A stretch of DNA of 64,000 nucleotides from Eledone cirrhosa (Eukaryota). The DNA lies in contig OZ024749.1 in NCBI GenBank assembly GCA_964016885.1, positions 55,490,001 through 55,554,000 on the forward strand, read 5' to 3'. The notes beneath the pieces are model-generated. The model saw nothing but the letters and a program-made list of their open reading frames with translations. It did no database searches and was not told the origin of the DNA. Shown here in pieces: positions 26,992 through 39,822 of the stretch (its first letter is position 1; each line of letters starts with the position of its first letter). The position numbers and the translations under genes are program-made.

Positions 26992-27930
26992 AACAAATGT
27001 GGTATCTTCTTCACAGAAAGAAGTTTTGAAAGACTTCGGGGTGTGCGCGCGGATAAAGGGGGATAAATGGGAGTATGTGTGTCTGTGTGTGTCGTATATA
27101 TATATTGTATATTTGGATGAAAGAGAGAGAGAGAGACAAACAGACAGGGAAGAATAAAACGAAAAACGATTTGGACTGTCGGTTTTTTTTTTTAAATTTC
27201 AAAATAAAAAAACAACGATTAAAAGATGGACAATGGACAGACGAAAATAATTATAGTCGAATGTAAAATGGAATTATGATCCGAATGGTTTCCAGTAATC
27301 GGAATATTTTGTTATATTTTTCTTTTGATTGTGCTTTCAGAGCAGCATAAGATCAGCAGAGAATTGGTGGTACTTTGGAGTAGCGTATATGTATGCTGCG
27401 GTTGTGTATATGCATGCGTGTGCTGTGATAATACAACGGCTGCCAAGAATTGATTATATAGTTTTGGTTTTTTAAAGAGGGGTAGGGGACTTTATTTTTA
27501 TTTATATATATATATATAAAATCTCACAGCAACTGCACATTTGGGGAGGAAAAACGTTTTTAGTCGGAGGGGGTGTATGGAAAAAAAGGGTATATTTATA
27601 TATTATATTTTCTAATATACATATATATATATTAATTTCGTTTTTGTGTTGTTTTTTTTTTCTTTCAAATATTTATCTTAAATATTTAATTAAAATTTAA
27701 TTCTTTGTAAAAAAAAAAAAAATAACACCGTATTTCTTATTCGCTTTTAAATTCGGATAATGCTGGACATTTGTGTGTGTGTTTTTTTTTCTTTCTGCTG
27801 TTGTTTTTGTCGGGGGAAAATGTGGTTTTTTTTTTTTTTACAAAAAAGGTAAAAATATTTGAAAATATCCAATTTCACACCAACTTATGGGTTCCAGCAG
27901 TGTTTTTTCCTGAACAAATTATGGTTGAAC
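26992..27930 (-). other. mbl: Predicted 5' UTR part of the ATG-bearing mbl exon (whole exon 27930..26803, 1128 nt)
   Basis: Minus strand reads TTTTAGTAACAATTGGTTTTTTTATTATATTTTTCAG|GTTCAACC: a pyrimidine-rich tract plus CAG at 27933-27931. The interval lacks SINE insertions and is CpG-richer than its flanks. Confidence 0.7.
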
Positions 27931-28162
27931 CTGAAAAATATAATAAAAAAACCAATTGTTACTAAAAATATTCACAAAATATCATTATTGTATATATTCA
28001 AATAACAACAATTTCAAGTAAGAAACATCTTTGTTTGTTTTTTTTAATATCTAGTTTACCTATTGACACGGAATAGGGGGAAAAAATTAAATTATCCCAC
28101 GGCAAGATTTGAAGTGAGACCATAAAAGTCAACTGATTGCCAATCATTGCAATTATAATAAT

Positions 28163-28441
28163 TTACGAGGTCGATAAAATAAAGTACCAGTAATACACTG
28201 GTGTAATAGCTGGCCTTGTGCCAAAAGTAGAAACAATTATTATTATTATTAATAGTTTCCGATATAAGCACAGGGTCAACAATTTGAAGGGAAGTGGAAA
28301 GTCGATTAAATCGACCTCAGTACATTACTGGTACTTTATTTTATCAACCATGTAAGGATGAAAGGCAAAGTTAACCTTGGCGGGATTTGAACTCAGAAAA
28401 TAAAGGGTCGCAACGATATGCTGCAAAGCATGGAGTCTGAC
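28163..28441. mobile_element. Two tail-to-tail SINE family A copies (+ 28163-28250, - 28255-28441) just upstream of the mbl acceptor
   Basis: Core motif GTCGATAAAATAAAGTACCAG present in both orientations. Confidence 0.8.
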
Positions 28442-28980
28442 AATAATAATAATAATCTCATACAAAAGACACAAAAAATATTTGTAAAAATTGTGCAACC
28501 ATCAGAGAAATAATTACTTAAAACTTAATTAGTCAGTCAAAAGTAATGTCAAACTAGATCCGAGATTATCAAATAGAGAAATATAGAAGAAGACATAACT
28601 AAAGCAAAAGATTAGAATCGTTTAGTCTGTCTGTTAAATCTGTTGAAATGGGTGTGGCCCTACACTTTTGCTCATGGTTTCTATATGTTTTGGGTTCCAT
28701 TTGAGATTTTGAAGAGGGGAGGGTCGGATTTTTGATTTTTTAAATATAATTTTGGCAAAGGGAAAATAATAAACACAGACAAACAGACACAAAACAAAAT
28801 TAAAAAAAAGGATTAATTAACAACAAATGACATTCTCAGCTGTATTTTTAATTAAATGTCAACTAATAGTGAATAACCTGCAAAAATACCTATCTATTTG
28901 TGTGTATATATATCCGAATGCTTGTAGCTATGTATTTTTGTGTGCATGTATGTTTATATGTATCTAAATGTATTATATAT

Positions 28981-29170
28981 CATCATCATCGTTTAATGTC
29001 TATCTCCCACGCCAGCATGGGTTAGACGGGAATTGTCCCACTTGAAGCAAGATTAATCGGGTGACCGTATAGGACTCGGCAAATAGAAATACCAAAATAA
29101 CTGGCAGTCATCATCATCATCATCATCATTGTTTAACGTCCATCTTCCACGCTTGCATTGGTTTGGACAG
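28981..29170 (-). mobile_element. Two family B SINE 3' ends
   Basis: CATCATCATCGTTTAATGTCTATCTCCCACGCCAGCATGGGTTAGACGG... and a second copy from about 29108. Confidence 0.8.
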
Positions 29171-29299
29171 GAGTTTTCCCAAAACAGTATATATATATAT
29201 TTGCATACACACACACAGACATATATATGTCTCTCTGTGTGTGTATGCAAAAAATAGTAAACGAAAACAACACAGTACAACAAAGATATATATTAGTTT

Positions 29300-29765
29300 G
29301 ACACTTGATATAGCAGGTTGGGAAGGGAAAATAGTCAATGTTTCAGACACTAGGCCTTCATCGGATGATAGAATGAGAAATAAGTGACTGTGAGGCAAAC
29401 TTGTTAACCACAACAGCATACCTGAGCCATCAGTAAGTTGCCTTCAGCCCCTTGATAGGAAGGGGAATGAAGAATATTTAAAGATCTGATAAAAACTTAG
29501 GTTTAAGCAGCTTCCTGCTATGTAGCTAACATTTGTTAGAATAGCTAAGATGGGTGGGGATGGTATCTGACTGGGGAGGAAAGAAGGGTAGACAAATGGG
29601 GTTGGGGATGGGTGAATGAGGAAAAGGAACCATTTAGAATGTTTAGAAAACCAAATATGATTAACTTATTGCTGGCTGTATAATATATAATTGAGGGGTT
29701 GTTGTAGATCTGACTCTTGGCATTATCTTCCTGGTTTCTAATGTTGGAACAGTGAGGCTCTAAGA
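29300..29765 (-). mobile_element. Penelope-like element 3' remnant with degenerate hammerhead
   Basis: Minus strand CCGATGAAGGCCTAGTGTCTGAAACATTGAC (29364-29334) resembles PLE minimal hammerheads. Upstream translation KLIIFGFLNILNG weakly resembles PLE ORF ends. Confidence 0.45.
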
Positions 29766-31231
29766 GGGAATACATACAATACACACTACACATACATTAT
29801 TACACATATACACTACACATACATTATTACACATATACACTACACTACATACACACTACACATACATTATTACACATATACACTACACTACACATACATT
29901 ATTACACATATACACTACATACACACTACACATTCATTATTACACATATACACTACACATACATTACACATATACACCACACACATAAATACACATTCAC
30001 ACACTACACTACACATATACTACATCTATACTACACACAAATAGATATTTTGTTAGTTTACAAACAAAAGAAAAGATATATAAAACAAGATATAGAGATT
30101 ATATAAAATATAACAATGTGGTTATGTTGTAGAGTTTATATGTTATCCCAGTTTCTGTGGCGTTAAACTGAGATTACAAGATAGGACCCCAGTCCTGGAC
30201 AAGACGCCTCCAGCTATTGCCGAGTATACTGGAGAAATGTGAAATGAAGTGTTTTGCTCAAGAACACAAGACAACACACACAACCCGGTCCCAAAAACAA
30301 TGATATCAGATGAAACTTGGAATCATAGGACAACAAAGTGAATTTCTCAATCATACACACCCATGTCTAAACATGATATCCTTGGCATGGTTTCTGCTCA
30401 AGTAAATTAATACTAGAACAACATAATGAACCCAAAATTGATTGTACACTTTTGGCCTTGAACACGATGGTTGAGTGTTTTCACCAAGCTCAAATTATCA
30501 ACCACCATACACAGCCCTGTCTATATATACAACATTTCCTTGGCATGGTTACTGCCCAAATTAATAGTATGAGGGCACAATGAACTCAAAATTGATTGTG
30601 TACTTCAAGCCTTGAAGACGATGGTTGAGTGTTTTCGTCAAGCTCAAATTATCAAAGCATCATGAGATATGGACATTTGCCGAAGCAATCAAAGTAGCTG
30701 GGCGCTCTGCCAGAACAGCACGACCAATTTTTGTCAATATGATGAAAGAAATATTTCAGAAAACAAAGCAAGAGAACAATCATTTTTATTTTGGCAACAC
30801 ATAGAACCATTCTATATGACAAAACCAATCATAAAGAAAGACTACTTCAATAAAAGATGTCGTCTTCTCTTTTTATATTATTATATACGGCTTCATTCAT
30901 CCAGATTCTATAGATTTCTTTTTGCTTTGGGTTCTTTTTTGCTGTTTTTTGTTGTGTTTTTAGTTTGTTTGTTTGTTTCTCTCTTAGTAAGAAGAACCAA
31001 CAGATGCTTGTAGGCTGCAGACTGTGGAGAAAGGCCTCACGTCTCTCTCAATCAACTGAGACGGCGGCAGCTTTTATATATATTTATATATATATATATG
31101 TCTGTGTATGGGTGTGATCATCATCATCATCATTAACTATTCATTTTTTTACACTCGCATGGGTTAGATAGGTTGTTATGTTATAAGACAAGTCATATTC
31201 AGGAGATCATGTCATATTCCAGACACCACAA

Positions 31232-31356
31232 TCTAGTGTCATAGAGCCAGGGCTAGTGTCATAGAGCCAGGGCTAGTGTCATAGGACCAGGGCTAGTGTC
31301 ATAGGACCAGGGCTAGTGTCATAGGACCAGGGCTAGTGTCATAGGACCAACGCTAG
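31232..31356. repeat. 20-bp tandem repeat, about 6 copies
   Basis: Unit CTAGTGTCATAGGACCAGGG. Confidence 0.9.
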
Positions 31357-32377
31357 TTTCAGGTAGTTTGATATCATGAGAATTAAGATGGTAGGGTGTG
31401 ATTCAACTGAGATTTATCAGCTATTTCTAGCAGGCAGAACAACCATGTAGAGGTATCATTGGTTCCTGATATATTACATAAGATCTTCAAGGTAGATGGA
31501 GGGTAACAGCGGGAGGAGGTTTAGTAATCCTCAAAGGATGGAGAGATGGAATTAGACACCTTTACAGACAGACTTATACACATACACTCACACATACAGA
31601 TACATATTTGAACACATACAGCTACATATACAGCTACATATACACACATACAGCAAGATATACACACATACAGCAAGATATACACACATACAGCTAGATA
31701 TACACACATACAGCAAGATATACACACATACAGCTAGATATACACACATACAGCTACATATATACATATACAGCTAGACATATACACACATACAGCAAGA
31801 TATACACACATACAGCAAGATATACACACATACAGCTAGACATATACACATATTCACATATACAGCTAGACATATACACATATACAGCTACATATACACA
31901 TATACAGCTAGACATATACACACATACAGCTAGACATATACACACATACAGCTACATACACACATATACAGCTACACAGACAGAGTGAGATAAAAATAAT
32001 TAAGATAGCTAAAGATATCAACATCATCATCTCGTGTGCTCAGCAAAATTAAAACATAAATGATGTTTCCCCACCATTACTGACAGTAGCATATAACTGT
32101 GTGTGTGTGTGTGAGAGTGAGTGTGTGTCAGTGTGTGTATGTGTACGAAGGAGTGAGTGTGTGTGTGTGTCATTCAGTGATAGTATAGAGGGTGTTTCAG
32201 TATGTAATATATATATATATAACTGAAATACTTGACTGTATGTACCAGGGAGTGTGTGTATGTGTGAGTGTGTATGTGTATACCAGGGAGTGTGTGTATG
32301 TGTGAGGGAGTGTGTATGCCTGTTTCAGTGTGTGTATTTGTGTATTAGTAAATGTGTGCATGTGTGTGTGTGAGGGA

Positions 32378-32414
<37 letters not shown>

Positions 32415-32509
32415 CCAGGGAGTGTGCGTATGTGTGGGGGAGTGTGTGTGTGTGAGTGTGTCATTACTGGACAGTATAAGCTAATGTTTCAGTATGTCTG
32501 TAATATATA

Positions 32510-32586
32510 CAGAGTGTTCCCAAAAATGTATACACACTTCAACAGCAGATAACTCAAATGTGTATACATTTTTGTGGATCACCCTG
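32510..32586. mobile_element. Tc1/mariner-like MITE, short copy
   Basis: TIRs CAGAGTGTTCCCAAAAATGTATACACA / TGTGTATACATTTTTGTGGATCACCCTG. Confidence 0.7.
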
Positions 32587-33597
32587 CATATAACTAAAAT
32601 ACTTGACACTGTGTGTTTGCATGTGTTTCAGTGTGTGTGTGTAAGTTCAGTTGTGTCAGTGTGTGTATGTGTTGTGTGTCAGCAATTAAACATATAGACA
32701 TGTGTTTATGTAATATATATATATATATTCATTTTCTCAGGTGAAACTTCCTTATATATTCTGTGCTCTACTTCTCCGGATTAAGTGGTGTATCACTCAA
32801 TATTTGACTGTATATATATGGACACGAGTCAGACAATAGGAGAGGTAGACATCCATGGAAAGTTAGGTTTAATTGTATAGTCAAGATTCATATACTTGGT
32901 CTTATATAACTTCACTATATATAAGGAATATATAAGGAAGTTTCACCTGAGAAAATGAATTTATCAGTCTTCGCAGCACTGATTTTCATTCCTGCCATGC
33001 AGCAGCACTAGACAGCAAACCTATCAAATGCATGTTAAAGATTACTTTCCAATGAATTAAATGGTACCATGTTGTCTGTAAATACCAGCTAAATGATTCT
33101 ACACCTGCAGAGTCTCCAATTCCAGCTTTGCTGTGCAATGTCAATCCTGTCCATGACAATTATGAACAGGAGAGACAACAGTATGCACACTTCCGGGAGT
33201 CCGACCCCAACATTGGAAGGTATTGGTTTAGCACCATTTATTAATCAGAATACAAATAGTAAGACATTTGTATAAAGACTTCAAGATAAGAAGCTGTCCA
33301 TTTATCCCAGTTTTCTGTAGAACCTTCCACAATAAGTCCTGAATTTTTCACTATAATGAAATGTCTTTCAATCCCCGGGGTAATAACAAACACACACTTG
33401 ATTTGTTTCGCTCGATCTCGATATAACGGAATTTCACGAGAGAGAGAGAGAGACATAGATGGATAGATAGATAGATAAAGAGAGAGAGATATTAAGTATA
33501 TGGATTGTTTGGGTGTATCTGATATCATGTATGTATGCCTGTGTGTGTATATATACACACGCACATATATATATACACACACACACACACGTGTATG

Positions 33598-33636
<39 letters not shown>

Positions 33637-33939
33637 GTGTATATATACACACACACACACATGTTCATAGTGTACACATTATATGTGAATAAGCGATACA
33701 TGTACATCATATATACATAAGCCCCGCCTGCACCATATATATCAGTCAGCCGAGAAACATGAGTTGCAAACATGCAATGTAATATACATACATACATACA
33801 TACATACATACATACATACATACACACACATACATACATACATACATACATACATACACAGTTACTTGATTAAAACAACACGATGCTGGACTGGGGATAT
33901 CCTTTTAAAGTTTTATTGTTTTATTGCACCATGCGAACA

Positions 33940-34030
33940 TTTTCTCTTCCTATTACCCACTCTACTACCCCAAGTATTGAGTACTTTGGTGCGTTATGGT
34001 CCACCTGGTTCCTTACCACATTTCCTTCGT

Positions 34031-34031
<1 letters not shown>
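33940..34031 (+). mobile_element. Family 1 element 3' part
   Basis: CCTATTACCCACTCTACTACCCCAAGTATTGAGTACTTTGGTGCGTTATGGTCCACCTGGTTCCTTACCACATTTCCTTCGTT followed by (TA)n. Confidence 0.7.
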
Positions 34032-34061
<30 letters not shown>

Positions 34062-34197
34062 GAAAGGTATAGAAAACATTGCAGCGAAAAGCCAACAGTA
34101 TTCCATAATATATAATATATATATATTCCATAATATATAATATATATATATTCCATATATTCCATAATATATAATATATATATATTCCATATATTCC

Positions 34198-34240
<43 letters not shown>

Positions 34241-34526
34241 TTTAATGGCTTGGTTATATAAGATCATCAGATGCAGATTGCAGAATTAGTTAGTAAAGGA
34301 ATTACAGCAAGCACAAACAGATAAAATATTCTATACAGAGATGACCATGTTTCTGTTTACATTTGGCAAAACAGATTATATATGTAGAGTTACATCCCTT
34401 TACATTTAAAGTCGACTTAAAAATTCTATAAACAGACATTGATGGAATAAGTCCCAGACTGACATACCATATACACTTGAACAGAAGCTGAATTCCCACT
34501 CCAACAACACAACACACCACCACCAG

Positions 34527-34578
<52 letters not shown>

Positions 34579-34617
34579 CCCGTCCCACCACCCCCACCCC
34601 ATCCCATCCACACCACC

Positions 34618-34917
34618 CCCTTCTATGTAAAGTTATGTTGGTGCCACGCCATCCAGGCTGAAACAAATGAGATCGTGTAGGTGTCACGACAAAAAAACAC
34701 AGTCCACGCTGTAATGTGGCCATGTAGGCAACACAGTAAAAACCTCCCAGACCCACACTGTAAATGTGGTTGGTGTTAGGAAGGGCATCCAACTGTAGAA
34801 AACCTGCCAGACAGTCCTATGCGAGCAAGACAATCGCTCTTGCCTCAAGTGGGAATACCCCCGTCCAAACCCATGCAAGCGTGGAACACGGACGTTAAAC
34901 GTTGATGATGATGATGA
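34618..34917 (+). mobile_element. Family B SINE, long copy
   Basis: Colinear with 42925-43226; ends GGACGTTAAACGTTGATGATGATG. Confidence 0.75.
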
Positions 34918-35711
34918 TACAGGTTTTTAAAATCCAAATTCAATAAACAGACCAGGATTTTTTCATTCTGAGGATTGAAAGCAAAATCTTTTGCTTTTAA
35001 GAAACCACTGGTAAATGGAATAATTGCCTTATGTTGTTTATTACATAATAATATATATATAGAGAGAGAGAGAGAAACACCAAAGATTTGTACTATAGAA
35101 ATCAACAGTGGAAGTTATTGTGACAACCACAACACCACACCACCACACCACCACCACCACCACCACCACCACAACCACACCATCACTACCACCACCACCA
35201 TCACAACCACAACACACCACCATCACAACACCACACCACCACACCACCACCACACCACCATATATACAGACAGCAGCACCAAGAAAGACTTGTATTATAG
35301 AAACCAAAAGTGGAATTGTGTAGAAAAGAAGAGTAGAGAAGAGTATGTAGGTGATGTCTCAGAAATGTAAGATCAGCAAATTTACTGAATTTTGGGGGGA
35401 AATATCTATTATTGCAGCTTGTAATTCATACAACACCATCTAGATATGTGTCATATATAATTATATAACTAACTACTCTCTCTCTCTCTGTTTAGCCAGG
35501 AAGATGAAGATATATATATAGAGAGAGAGAGAAAGAGAGAAGGAAACAGAGAGAGAGAGGAAACAGAGAGAGAAGGAAACAGAGAGAGGAAGAAAATGAT
35601 AGGGAGGGAGAGAAAGAGAGAAGAAAGTGATATAAAGAGAGAGAGAGAGAGAGAAGAAGCGATAGGGAGAAAGAGAGAGAAAAAAAGAAGTGATAGGGAG
35701 AGAAGAAAGTA

Positions 35712-35766
<55 letters not shown>

Positions 35767-35896
35767 ATGTGTATATAAAGACAAACAGAAAAGAGTGAAT
35801 ATTTAATATTTTATGTGAAATAATTCTGATTCTCTCTTGTTGACATCTTTACTGTAGTAATTTGTTTCAACAGCAGAATACATATCACATTGTATA

Positions 35897-35996
35897 CAGA
35901 GTGTCCCCCAAAAATGTATACACACTTTGATTACCTGTACAGGTAATATTTATTAGAATGCTGTTGAAGTGTGTAGACATTTTGGGGGATACCCTG
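35897..35996. mobile_element. Tc1/mariner-like MITE
   Basis: TA|CAGAGTGTCCCCCAAAAATGTATACAC...GTGTAGACATTTTGGGGGATACCCTG|TA; a second copy lies at 32510-32586. Confidence 0.75.
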
Positions 35997-36006
35997 TATA
36001 TGTAGA

Positions 36007-36178
36007 CAGTAAAATTCCGTTATAATGAAATTCACGGGGTATAAAAAAATTCGTTGTAACAAAAAAATTTTTATAACGAGATCGACCTAACACATTGAGC
36101 GTGTGGGCAGGGATTAAAAAAAAATTCGTTATACTGAAAAATTCGTTATAAGGGTATTCGTTATTAGGAATTATACCT
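36007..36178. mobile_element. pogo/Tigger-like MITE
   Basis: Starts CAGTAAAATTCCGTTATAATGAA and has repeated subterminal TTCGTTATA motifs. Confidence 0.55.
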
Positions 36179-36441
36179 ACACACACACACACATATATAT
36201 ATATATACGCATGTATATGTGTGTGTGACACAAACACACACATAAATACATGTTTGTATACACACGCACATAGTATATAATGGGTGTTGAAAGTAAAGGT
36301 GTGCATGTGTACATATATGATAGTGAGTGCACGTATGTGTGTGTGGAGAGAGAGATAGATAGATAGAGAGAGAGAAAGAGAGAGAAGCAGCTGATAGAGA
36401 GGGAAAAAAAAACTTCCTCATATCACCTTCATATATACAAG

Positions 36442-36489
<48 letters not shown>

Positions 36490-37078
36490 TGTAGTAGCAA
36501 GGAAATGACACACACACACGTGTGTGTGTGTGTGTGTAGTGGCAGTAAGGAAGTATGAGAATAACAGTTTTTAGTGTAAAATGACACCAAAACCTGACTA
36601 TCAGATGAAACTGCTGCTACATCTCTCTCTCTCTCTTTATCTCTCTTTCACACACATACACACTCTCTCTACCTCTTTATCTATCTCGCACACACACATT
36701 CCCCCTCTCTCTCACTCTTTATCTATCTATCTACCACTCCCTCTCTCTACCTCTATATATCTCCCTCTCTCTCTACCTCTATATATCTCCCTCTCTCTCT
36801 ACCTCTATGTATCTCCCTCTCTCTCTCCATATTTTGTCAAACATACATGTGTGGAGTGTGCATGAGAGAGAGAGAAAGAGAGAGAGGGTGGAGGAAAATG
36901 TGTGGAAGTGAGAGGATGTATGTGTATTTGGATATACACATAGGTATGTATGCAGGTATATACGTACATACGTGTATATATATATATATACTTCTCTGCG
37001 ATATATGATTGAGTTTGTATACACACACCTACACACCTATCATTTTACCTGTGTTTATCCATGCTTGTACTTGGATGC

Positions 37079-37111
<33 letters not shown>

Positions 37112-37614
37112 TATATACACACGTACATATATACACACATACATATATACACACACACACATATATATACACACACATATATACACACATACATATATAT
37201 ACACACACACATATCTATATATACACACACATCTATATATACACACACATATACAGACATAGTGTGTGTATATAGTGAGAAAGCCTCCCTATACACCAGC
37301 AATCCAGAATCTGTCAGTATATTTACCAACTTCTATTTACAGTAATCCTAACATCTTAGAATCAGTTTCACTATTTTTCAACAATCCTACATTTACCAAA
37401 ATATATCAACAGAGGAACAAAAACTGAAAAGTGAAACAGATTTATAAACAGATAAATATATATATATAAATATATGCAGAGGTTATATTTAATTTGTTGG
37501 GATTCAACAAGCTTAAACATTTTTATAACTGATATAAAGCACTCAGGAAGCTCCAACCGTTAAGGTTGTCTTTTTTTTCAGGGTATGTCAATATTTATTT
37601 ATAAAACAAATCTG

Positions 37615-37680
37615 TATTTTATCTGATGAAAGCGCACCATAATTTGCCTTGGTTGCCCTTGAAATATGTATAATAAAATA
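37615..37680 (+). ncRNA. Type I hammerhead ribozyme motif with minimal stem III
   Basis: Stem I TATTTTAT/ATAAAATA; CTGATGA 37623-37629; imperfect stem II AAGCGCACCA/TGGTTGCCCTT; GAAA 37661-37664; stem III ATA-tg-TAT; triplet ATA (predicted cut after 37672). Confidence 0.55.
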
Positions 37681-37992
37681 AATGTGGTTTTATAAATATA
37701 TATATATGGAAAACAAACTGAAAAATGTGAGTGTATGAGTCTCTCTCTATATATAAATGTATATATGGCTATGTATATGAGTGGGTGTATGTGTATGTGT
37801 TATTTGTATTTGTGTGTAGAAGAAAGATGAATAAAAACAAGTGATGGTGTATGAACTGTGGAAAAAGTGTAGGTATATATGTGTGTGTGTGTTTATGTAT
37901 GTACAAATGTACACACATATATATGAAATGAACCATGTTTCTCATGAACACCTTGCCGGCTAGTCCAATACCCTAACCACAAGGCCATATAC

Positions 37993-38031
<39 letters not shown>

Positions 38032-38042
38032 CATATATATAT

Positions 38043-38259
38043 AACGAACGAAATGTGGTACGGAACCAGATGGACCATAACGCACCAAAGTACTCAATAC
38101 TTAGTGTAGTAGAGTGGGTAATAGGAACGAGTAGGACCCCGACGGCTGAGCTCAAGCCGTTTCAACGGCTAATTCTGGACTAATAATCAATGATTTTTAG
38201 TCCAGAATTAGCCGTCGAAACGGCTTGAGCTCAGCCGTCGGGGTCCTACTCGTTCCTAT
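38043..38259 (-). mobile_element. (TA)n-inserted hammerhead-bearing element, family 1, with a 63-bp terminal inversion
   Basis: Arms 38121-38183 and 38197-38259 are near-perfect inverted copies containing GAAACGGCTTGAGCTCAGCCGTC-GGGGTC. The body matches copies at 33940, 44643, 48802 and 61863. Confidence 0.75.
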
Positions 38260-38292
38260 ATATATATATATATATATATATATGCATGGGAG

Positions 38293-38339
<47 letters not shown>

Positions 38340-38665
38340 CATAGGTAAGATAAGGTAAAGAGGAGTGAAATGGAGAGGGGATCAAGGGAGCTAACAGTTA
38401 AAATAGGTGTCGACACAAATAGTGAAATAAGACACGTGGTTGATAAAATGTGTGTACAGAAATATGAGCAACGTGTAAGATATATATATATATTTATATA
38501 TATAAGTATTTACACATACATTACACATATATGTTTACACATATACACACACACACACACACACATTATGTATATATACATATATATATACACATAACCA
38601 TACATGATTAACTAAACTAATGTGTGTATATATATATATACACACACAGTAGTTATAATTAAATA

Positions 38666-38696
<31 letters not shown>

Positions 38697-38826
38697 CATA
38701 TAAAGTAATTCCGTCGGAAAGGTCCAGGAAAAAAGAGTGCTCTATGTAGGTTACAGAGCTTAATAGTCAAGAAACCACTGGTAAATGAAATAATTGCCTT
38801 ATGTTGTTTATTACATAACTAACTAA

Positions 38827-38859
<33 letters not shown>

Positions 38860-38886
38860 CATCTTATCGTTTGTATTTTCTTTTAT

Positions 38887-38932
<46 letters not shown>

Positions 38933-39094
38933 TGTGTGTGTATGTATATATATATATATATCACTACCTCCTTACGGACAACTGGCGCTGCACACCAGGT
39001 CCGAACACAGAAGAACCAAACTCCGACTCTCCCCCCACCCCCCCACACACACATTAATGAGATTAACTTTGTTACCAATATTTGACGCTGTTTA

Positions 39095-39270
39095 TTATTG
39101 TTCCTACTTTTTGGCACAATTACCCAGTACATTACTGGTACTTTATTTTATCGACCCCATAAGGATGAAAGGCAAAGTTAACATCGGCGGGATTTGAACT
39201 CAGACCATAAAGGGCCGTAACTCTATGCGTCAAAGCATGGCGTCCGACCCTCTACCGATACTGGCAATCT
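39095..39270 (-). mobile_element. SINE family A, near full length
   Basis: A-box region, B-box and core as in the other copies. Confidence 0.85.
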
Positions 39271-39639
39271 GTTTATTATTGATGGCATTGTTTGAATATG
39301 TTGAGGAATTTAATGGAGAAGAAAGAAGGAAGAACCATCATTGAGTGGGGTTTGAAACCCCTCTTCTTCCTCCCCATCATCATCATCATCGTTTACTGTC
39401 TTTTATCCATGTTGCCATAACAGTGGAATAGCTTGTCACTTGGAGTCCCTCATCACTTTACTTTGGATATAATAATTCTGTTGATAGTGATGATGATGAT
39501 GGTAGTGATGGTGATGGTGTTGGTGATGGTAGTGATGGTAATGGTAGTGATGATGATGATGGTAGTGGTGATGACGGTAGTGATGATGATGATGATCATT
39601 CTCATATTCTTTACACATTCCTTGGAGGGCCATAGTAGG

Positions 39640-39822
39640 GGAGGTGGGGAAAGTCCCTTCCAGCGGGTCCTGTCAGAAGCAACAATCTCCAGTAGATCCG
39701 GCTAGATCCCCCCATCTGAGATGGATGTTATGCAACTATGTTGCTCAGGGTCTACCCACTGGCTCCCCTGTCCGTTGCTTTTGCAGAGTGAAACCTGTCA
39801 GTGCCATTCTTTCCTCAGATAT
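39640..39822 (-). mobile_element. Degraded RTE-like LINE fragment
   Basis: Minus strand encodes DLLEIVASDRTRWKGL (A.DR..W motif). Confidence 0.55.
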
